This document shows positions 58,380 through 64,000 of a DNA stretch of 64,000 bases, in pieces. Source of the DNA: Minisyncoccota bacterium (GTDB lineage: Bacteria > Patescibacteriota > Minisyncoccia > Phycocordibacterales > UBA918). The stretch lies in NCBI GenBank assembly GCA_021129515.1, contig JAJOLD010000001.1:164850-228849 (forward strand), read 5' to 3'. Under the pieces are notes generated by a model. The model was not told the origin of the DNA and searched no databases. It was given only the letters and a program-made list of their open reading frames with translations. A program made the translations under genes and the position numbers. Each line of letters begins with the position of its first letter. The stretch's first letter is position 1.

Positions 58380-60353
58380 TCAGAATGAATGATATTTTTT
58401 GAGATACTCATCAACCGTAATCACAAACTCCGCATGACTCCACACAAGTGGTGCCGTTGAGAGGTGCGCGCCGGTATGTGGGTGAATTTGTTCCGGCAAT
58501 ACGCCACTGATACCCGCCCTATCAATCACCCAGCGCATAATGGCATGCGCTTCATGCAAGTCTTGCACACTGGTTGCTGCCTTAATACGATACTGTGCAA
58601 TCCAAAGTGTAGTGATGATCCATGCATTTGGAGGTTCTGTACTACTGGTTCGATAGTATGCATCTTCCTGATAGCGCATATATCCTCCTAATGAAGTCGG
58701 CACATGGAGCGCTGCATGGACTGCCTCAAAGGTTTTTTTCACACGCATGTCGTGCGGCAAGAGTATTTCAAAATACAGCACCCCATGCAAACTACTGATG
58801 TCGATGGTTTTGTCGTACTCAAGACGATCACCATCATGCCGCACCAACTTCACAAATGCACCTAATTGGGGATCATACAAGTGTCCAAGAATACCTTCAC
58901 GGATACGTTCTGCGCTGGTACGGTATCGCTTTGCATTGGCACGCTTTCCCAGCAATGCTGAAATTTCTGCTGCCGCATTGAGCGCGCCACAGACCGCAGC
59001 GGCGGTATAGGTGGACGTACCATATTTCTCCTCCCAGAGATCGTACGAACTCTTTGGAAGACCGGTGTCTGGCTCAATATGGCGACACATAAACTCTGCA
59101 GCGGGTTCTACAAACTTGTTATACATTGATTCTAGGAACTCAAGGTCATGCGCAAGCTCGTAATGTTTCCAGAGCACATACACCACTAGTGCCGTTTCAT
59201 CTTCTTGAATCGGGAGTTCGGGCTTGCCATTATGCATCCATGGATGCCAGGAGCTCCCGAGCACGCCATCGACACGATACTTATGCATAAGGTAGCCGTC
59301 AGCCTCGAGCTTGTCTGCCATAAATTCAAAAAATCGTTGCGTGGTATCGACATAGCCAGCTCTATCAAGTGCATTGGCATTGATTGCTGCATCACGCGGC
59401 CATACGTAGCTATAGGTATCGCGACCTTGGTTCAACATGTCTGAATCACTCGACGCAATAATGCCTCCTCGATTATCTGCATGCACTCGAATAATGGCGA
59501 GCGATTGTGTATACAACTGCTCAATATCTTTTTCTAATGGGGCAAACGACCGAGATTCTTTTGCTGCCCATGCTTTCCAATAGTTTTCGGTTGAACGCAC
59601 CAGCTGTTCTGGTGTTTCTGCAAGTACATAGGCATTGAGCGCATGCGCGTCTGAGATAGAGGTACCTGCCGCAATCCAATAGTGAATCACCTTTTTTTCA
59701 CGACTCCCCATAGCGAGGTCCACACCAATGACCGAATCAACTGAACCGTGTTCAATGGGGTTTTTAGAGAGGACACCATCTTCTGCATCAGCATAGGTGC
59801 CACGCTTCCCCTCGATACCAAAAATACCAATACTATATTCGGTAAATTGTGCACCATCGACACAGGCATTGATGAGAAATGCATCGTGCCCTTTGTAGTG
59901 CACGACGGCATTGACACGCGGGTCATAAAAGGCTGTGTCACCGCGTCGTGATTCAGATATACGAAATTCCTGCCCAAAAAATACCCGGATAGTGCGGTCA
60001 ATGTCGGATTCATTGATAACTACGATGGAGCGAATGAAGATATCTTTTTCGTTATGCACCACATCAGTACACTGCAGCGATATCCCGAGCGCATGATTCG
60101 ACGCAACAATATTACTCGCTGCAGAGGTATCGCTCGCGCGCACCTCAACCGTCCACGAGTCATCAGAAATCCATGCAAAGACGCCATCAACCCACACACC
60201 AATACGGTGCTTGTATGATCCACTTGCCCCACTGACGTGGTTTGCATGTCCTGCATAGGGAAAATAAAAATCACGAACCTGACCATGATAGTCAAGCCCA
60301 ATGAGTAAGTTGCCGTTTCCTATGGTGACTGCTTTTGACATATGAGAAAACAA
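58380..60353 (-). CDS. glycoside hydrolase family 15 (glucoamylase / glucodextranase-like)
   Basis: N-terminal beta-sandwich + (alpha/alpha)6; YSYVWPRDAA motif. Confidence 0.8.
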   Translation of the reverse strand: MFSHMSKAVTIGNGNLLIGLDYHGQVRDFYFPYAGHANHVSGASGSYKHRIGVWVDGVFAWISDDSWTVEVRASDTSAASNIVASNHALGISLQCTDVVHNEKDIFIRSIVVINESDIDRTIRVFFGQEFRISESRRGDTAFYDPRVNAVVHYKGHDAFLINACVDGAQFTEYSIGIFGIEGKRGTYADAEDGVLSKNPIEHGSVDSVIGVDLAMGSREKKVIHYWIAAGTSISDAHALNAYVLAETPEQLVRSTENYWKAWAAKESRSFAPLEKDIEQLYTQSLAIIRVHADNRGGIIASSDSDMLNQGRDTYSYVWPRDAAINANALDRAGYVDTTQRFFEFMADKLEADGYLMHKYRVDGVLGSSWHPWMHNGKPELPIQEDETALVVYVLWKHYELAHDLEFLESMYNKFVEPAAEFMCRHIEPDTGLPKSSYDLWEEKYGTSTYTAAAVCGALNAAAEISALLGKRANAKRYRTSAERIREGILGHLYDPQLGAFVKLVRHDGDRLEYDKTIDISSLHGVLYFEILLPHDMRVKKTFEAVHAALHVPTSLGGYMRYQEDAYYRTSSTEPPNAWIITTLWIAQYRIKAATSVQDLHEAHAIMRWVIDRAGISGVLPEQIHPHTGAHLSTAPLVWSHAEFVITVDEYLKKYHSF

Positions 60354-60821
60354 TTACACGTCGTAGTAGCGCAGATGCCGCACCACAACAGTACGTGCCG
60401 ATGATGGCTTGCGTGACCGCCGCAGCGCCGCCCCGAGCTCAATATCATCAAGTACCGACTCTACCCAATCGGCAAAGTCATTTTTTTCTTTAGTGACATG
60501 GTATGCGTAGACCTCGTCCATCATATTCGCAAGTGAGTCACGAAGGTCAGTCAGTGACGCAAGAATTTGACCATCGGTTGTCCAGAAACAGTGTTCGCCG
60601 TTTGCACATACCAACACACGCTTCCCTGCCTGCGTGCCCGCGCGCGCCGTGCTCTTGGGAGCGGTTTTTGCCGCTTTCCGGCTGGCAGTTTTCTTTTTAG
60701 AAGTAGATTTTGTGCGTGTCTTTTTCTTGCTGACACGAGCAGCCTTTGCTGCTTTTACAGCTACTTTTTTAGCAACTCTCTTTTTCGCAGAAGCTTTTTT
60801 TGTTGTTTTTTTCAATGGCAT
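60354..60821 (-). CDS. Lys-rich histone-like N-terminus + unknown C-terminal domain
   Basis: KKASAKKRVAKKVAVKAAKA repeats. Confidence 0.4.
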   Translation of the reverse strand: MPLKKTTKKASAKKRVAKKVAVKAAKAARVSKKKTRTKSTSKKKTASRKAAKTAPKSTARAGTQAGKRVLVCANGEHCFWTTDGQILASLTDLRDSLANMMDEVYAYHVTKEKNDFADWVESVLDDIELGAALRRSRKPSSARTVVVRHLRYYDV

Positions 60822-60838
60822 AAGAACGTAATGAACTG

Positions 60839-62152
60839 TTATGACGTATGTGTGTGTATGCGTCTGTTAATAAATGGCAATCGTGCGCAGCGCTTCTTTA
60901 GCCACACCACAAACTGCTCCCAGAGACTTTGCTCCGCCTCCACATGCCGCCGCTTCAGTGCTTCAGTTACCCTTAATTGTAAATCACTCATGGCGTTCAT
61001 AAAAGCGATATATGCATCATATGGGGATTCATAGGGGGAGAAGTATGCGTGCACATCGCCATCGTTGGACCACTTAGTACACATGTAGTAGAAGTGGTCT
61101 GAGGTCTGGAGTTTCCGCCACGCTTCAATAAGCGCTGGGTCGCCCGCACGCATCACGTCTTTCTCAAGCTCATATGTTTTGTGGATTGCATCTTTCTGAA
61201 TATCGTTGCCAATCCAGGCGGTGAGGTCGCGATCGGTATCAGCCCAGGTGAGAATATGTGGTACATCAAGCTCGCCCACCGAATCATACTCATTGATGGT
61301 TTCTGATGGTGTTTTGAAGGTAATGTCACCCTCTTGCATGAGCATTCCTGGCAATGCACCCAAAAATTGAAAGATACCCGTATCCTCCCATTGGTGCTCA
61401 CCAAACGTCTCGTAATCCATGAACAGATTGATGGTGTTGCCATTGCCATGGTGTGAACGCACCCATTCGGTATATGTCTCTGCAGCGAGCGGGAAGCTTG
61501 CCCATTCCCGGTTCCCAAAGCGAAATGCTATGTCGTCAGAAAGTCGGTAATTCTTGAGGAGTACTTTTATATTGGAACAGCCCGTTGGTGTGTAGAGAAA
61601 GTTGGGACTGCGCCACTCGAGAATGGGATCCCACCCTTCAGCCATGATGCCGAGGTACCCGTTGTCCTCACACCACTTTGCGAGATCGTTGTTGTATGAA
61701 AGTTCTGTGTTACGAAACACACGCGGGGTGACCCCAAATAATTCATGAATACGTTGTTGGTGTTTTGCAACTTGTCGCTCAAACTCAGGTACGGAGTAGA
61801 AGAATGCAAGCGAGTGGTAATAGGTATCTGCCAAAATCTCAACACGACCCGTCGCGACAATCTCTTGAAACGATTCCAACACCTCAGGCGCATACATTTC
61901 AAACTGGTCGAGTACGGTTCCTGAAAAAGAAAGTGCAAACCGAAACTCAGGATGGGTGTCGAGCAATTCTTTTAACACTTTGTTTGTTGGAATATACGAC
62001 TTCTCGGCAACTTTGCGTACAATACGTCCATTGTTTAAATCGGTTTCATCACTTGCGTTGAAATATTCACTATCGTTTCCTATATCAAAAACTCGATACC
62101 GTTTCACACGATGTGGTTGATGGACATGAAAATACGGACAGATGGTAAGCAT
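60839..62152 (-). CDS. glycoside hydrolase family 57 (alpha-amylase / branching-type)
   Basis: N-terminal FHVHQP motif; GH57 length and acidic catalytic region. Confidence 0.75.
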   Translation of the reverse strand: MLTICPYFHVHQPHRVKRYRVFDIGNDSEYFNASDETDLNNGRIVRKVAEKSYIPTNKVLKELLDTHPEFRFALSFSGTVLDQFEMYAPEVLESFQEIVATGRVEILADTYYHSLAFFYSVPEFERQVAKHQQRIHELFGVTPRVFRNTELSYNNDLAKWCEDNGYLGIMAEGWDPILEWRSPNFLYTPTGCSNIKVLLKNYRLSDDIAFRFGNREWASFPLAAETYTEWVRSHHGNGNTINLFMDYETFGEHQWEDTGIFQFLGALPGMLMQEGDITFKTPSETINEYDSVGELDVPHILTWADTDRDLTAWIGNDIQKDAIHKTYELEKDVMRAGDPALIEAWRKLQTSDHFYYMCTKWSNDGDVHAYFSPYESPYDAYIAFMNAMSDLQLRVTEALKRRHVEAEQSLWEQFVVWLKKRCARLPFINRRIHTHTS

Positions 62153-62161
62153 AGCTATATA

Positions 62162-63388
62162 TTATCTTCGAAGTGTCACCCACGCGAGTAATCGTCGATA
62201 GAGCGTCATAACTTTGTCTGCAGCACGGCGCCACGACAGTGTTTGAAGCTCTTTCTGACTCTCGGACACCAGTTGTTGGTTGAGGACTCCATAGGTGACC
62301 ACAGCAAGCATCTTGTTTGCCATTTCCTCAATGTCCCAAAAATCAACCTTGAGTGCGTGGGCAAGCACTTCTGACACCCCCGACTGCTTGGAAATTAATA
62401 CTGGCGTACCATGTTGAATAGCTTCAAGTGGCACCAGTCCAAATGGCTCTGAGACTGACGGCATGACGAGTAGGTCGACGCTCTGGTAGAGACGGTCACG
62501 CTCAACACCCCACAACTCACCCGCAAACAAGACATGGTTTGAGAGTCCCAACTCCCCAACAAGATGCATGATTTGCGGTTTCATATCACCATACCCTGAG
62601 ATGACAAACAGAACATTCGGGTTGGTATCGACCACCCTACGCGCTGCGCGCACAAAATAGTCCACTCCCTTCTGCACCGTAATGCGCCCGTGGTAGAGAA
62701 TGATTTTTTTACCCTCAAGTCGATGTGCGACTAAGGTAGGCTCATGCTGTGGTGGCGCATGCACTTCATTGCCGTTATGTACCACTTCCACTTTCTCCGG
62801 GTCAACATTGTGTTTATCGACAATCACATTTTTGGTGAATTGACTCACGGTCACGATACAGTCTGCTTCACGAAACGCCGCGTATTCAATAGCGCAAATA
62901 TCAGAGTCAACACAATCACTCGCAGCCTGGTCATACGAGGTCGCATGCACATGGAGAATAAGTTTCTTGCCACTCACCCGCTTCGCGGCGATACCGGCAA
63001 GGTATGATACCCAGTCATGTGCATGGATGAGGTCAAAGGTTTCCTGCTTGGCAATGTCTGCTGCCTTTGCTGCATAGCGATGGACCTCTTCAATGACGGT
63101 ACGAGAGAGACGTACCCGCCTACCGTCTGGCGTAACAACCTCAAGGAGTGACTGCGCATGCTGGTATGGTCGCAGCGGCGAGTCAATTTCATACAGTTTT
63201 GCAGGATGCTGTGAACCAATATCAGCAAAAATAAAACGCATGGACGAATCCACGCTCTGTGTCCGCGGCAGCACAAAAACCACCTCAGCACCTTGCATCA
63301 TAAGCTCTGCAGTCAGCCCCTGACAGGCTTTGCCGAGACCACCTACATTTACGGGTGGAAATTCCCACCCAAACGTCAAAATCCGCAT
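62162..63388 (-). CDS. GT4/GT5 glycosyltransferase, glycogen-synthase-like
   Basis: N-terminal FPPVNVGGLG; C-terminal EPFGLVPLEAIQHGTPVL. Confidence 0.8.
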   Translation of the reverse strand: MRILTFGWEFPPVNVGGLGKACQGLTAELMMQGAEVVFVLPRTQSVDSSMRFIFADIGSQHPAKLYEIDSPLRPYQHAQSLLEVVTPDGRRVRLSRTVIEEVHRYAAKAADIAKQETFDLIHAHDWVSYLAGIAAKRVSGKKLILHVHATSYDQAASDCVDSDICAIEYAAFREADCIVTVSQFTKNVIVDKHNVDPEKVEVVHNGNEVHAPPQHEPTLVAHRLEGKKIILYHGRITVQKGVDYFVRAARRVVDTNPNVLFVISGYGDMKPQIMHLVGELGLSNHVLFAGELWGVERDRLYQSVDLLVMPSVSEPFGLVPLEAIQHGTPVLISKQSGVSEVLAHALKVDFWDIEEMANKMLAVVTYGVLNQQLVSESQKELQTLSWRRAADKVMTLYRRLLAWVTLRR

Positions 63389-63546
63389 GTCCTTCTATAC
63401 CACCGTGTAGAAATAAAGCGCAGAAACAAAGGATAGATGTATATCACACGGCTCAGCTCAATAATAGCACGCAGTGCATTTTACAATATATGAAAGACAT
63501 ACAAAAAGTGCATAACTTGTATGACAAATCAACCATACATTGCGGG

Positions 63547-63575
63547 TTGACCCAGCAGAAACCTTCTGGTATTAT
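63547..63575 (+). promoter_or_regulatory. sigma70-like promoter TTGACC-17-TATTAT for rpmG
   Basis: consensus hexamers, 17-nt spacer; -10 ends 9 nt before ATG 63585 (leaderless, or true start ATG 63609). Confidence 0.45.
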
Positions 63576-63584
63576 CGTGCCACT

Positions 63585-63758
63585 ATGTCACAGGACAAAC
63601 TAATCAAGATGGTCTCGCAAGGCGACGAAACTGGCGCTGGAAAGGGTCACGTCTACTACACACGAAAAAATAAGAAAAAGCTTGCTGAACACAAGTTTGA
63701 ATTTAAGAAATTCAATCCACTTGTACGAAAGCATACTGTTTATAAGGAGAAGAAATAA
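63585..63758 (+). CDS. rpmG: 50S ribosomal protein L33
   Basis: [14 protein letters not shown]...[10 protein letters not shown] matches L33 consensus. Confidence 0.8.
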   Translation: MSQDKLIKMVSQGDETGAGKGHVYYTRKNKKKLAEHKFEFKKFNPLVRKHTVYKEKK

Positions 63759-63799
63759 ACTGACCGTCCGCAAGGGCGGTTTAGTTTTTATATATCTGT

Positions 63800-63840
63800 A
63801 AAACAAAATACAGGGGTTAAACCCCTGTATTTTGTTTTTT
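63800..63840. terminator. bidirectional terminator aaaacaaaatacagggg-ttaa-acccctgtattttgtttt
   Basis: 17-bp stem flanked by T/A runs. Confidence 0.7.
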
Positions 63841-63852
63841 CTTGATTGCACC

Positions 63853-64000
63853 CTAATCCTGACTGCCTGTTTTCACACTACTCTTTTTAGCTTGAACATC
63901 TCGTTTAGGGTTGTACTTTCCTTGCTGTGCAAGTCCATTCATTTTTGCGCGATACAAGAGCGCTTTTTGCGCCATTGCAGTATTTTCTTCCTTGCCCTGC
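63853..64000 (-). CDS. C-terminal end of a gene continuing beyond right edge (…MAQKALLYRAKMNGLAQQGKYNPKRDVQAKKSSVKTGSQD*)
   Basis: manual translation of reverse complement; stop at 63853-63855. Confidence 0.35.
   Translation of the reverse strand, partial: QGKEENTAMAQKALLYRAKMNGLAQQGKYNPKRDVQAKKSSVKTGSQD

Overview
The window reads like a small, streamlined bacterial chromosome segment. Its style (short genes, Lys-rich histone-like proteins, many unknowns) suggests a Patescibacteria/CPR-type genome, but that is inference from gene content only.

Housekeeping content, all called from motifs read directly in the translations:
- A complete F1Fo ATP synthase operon on the minus strand (atpB-E-F-H-A-G-D-C, 2520-9155).
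- ddl, a short UvrC, an FAD disulfide oxidoreductase, phosphoglucomutase, an HtrA-type protease, glutamate dehydrogenase, dnaX, a D-Ala-D-Ala carboxypeptidase, dus, serS, dprA, topA, a RelA/SpoT homolog, parB, peroxiredoxin, miaA, truB and rpmG.
- An alpha-glucan/glycogen cluster (GH15, GH57, GT4) near the right edge.
- Five tRNA genes: Ala-UGC, Gln-UUG, Leu-CAA, Trp-CCA and Tyr-GUA.

The most unusual signal is at the tRNA loci. Every one of the five is surrounded by decayed copies of its own 5' or 3' portions, and four of the five (all but Trp) also have perfect hairpins inserted at fixed tRNA positions (D-loop, anticodon region or T-loop). The individual cases are:
- The functional tRNA-Ala lies between roughly 45-bp inverted repeats inside an older, interrupted pseudo-tRNA-Ala.
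- The tRNA-Tyr is the last unit of a roughly 170-176-bp tandem array.
- The tRNA-Leu is followed by a hairpin-disrupted pseudo-copy.
- A mosaic repeat family built from tRNA-flank pieces recurs next to three of these loci.

Two tRNA-adjacent intervals look like degraded mobile or accessory DNA:
- 25.4-30.1 kb holds a glycosyltransferase C-terminal fragment fused to a truncated htrA, a tandem zinc-ribbon protein, a reverse-transcriptase C-terminal relic, a GC-rich unknown gene divergent from an XRE regulator, and an HTH plus LAGLIDADG-like endonuclease abutting tRNA-Gln.
- 52.3-55.0 kb holds a frameshifted P-loop NTPase and a VirB2/TrbC-like pilin candidate.

Other points:
- A minimal class III nucleotidyl cyclase sits alone beside the tRNA-Ala locus, behind a roughly 600-nt structured leader.
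- A 26-bp imperfect palindrome occurs three times, upstream of dnaX, dprA and a secreted-protein gene, and is a candidate operator.
- A 44-bp perfect palindrome and a REP-like hairpin repeat family are also present.
- No CRISPR array, no intact RT system and no rRNA were seen.
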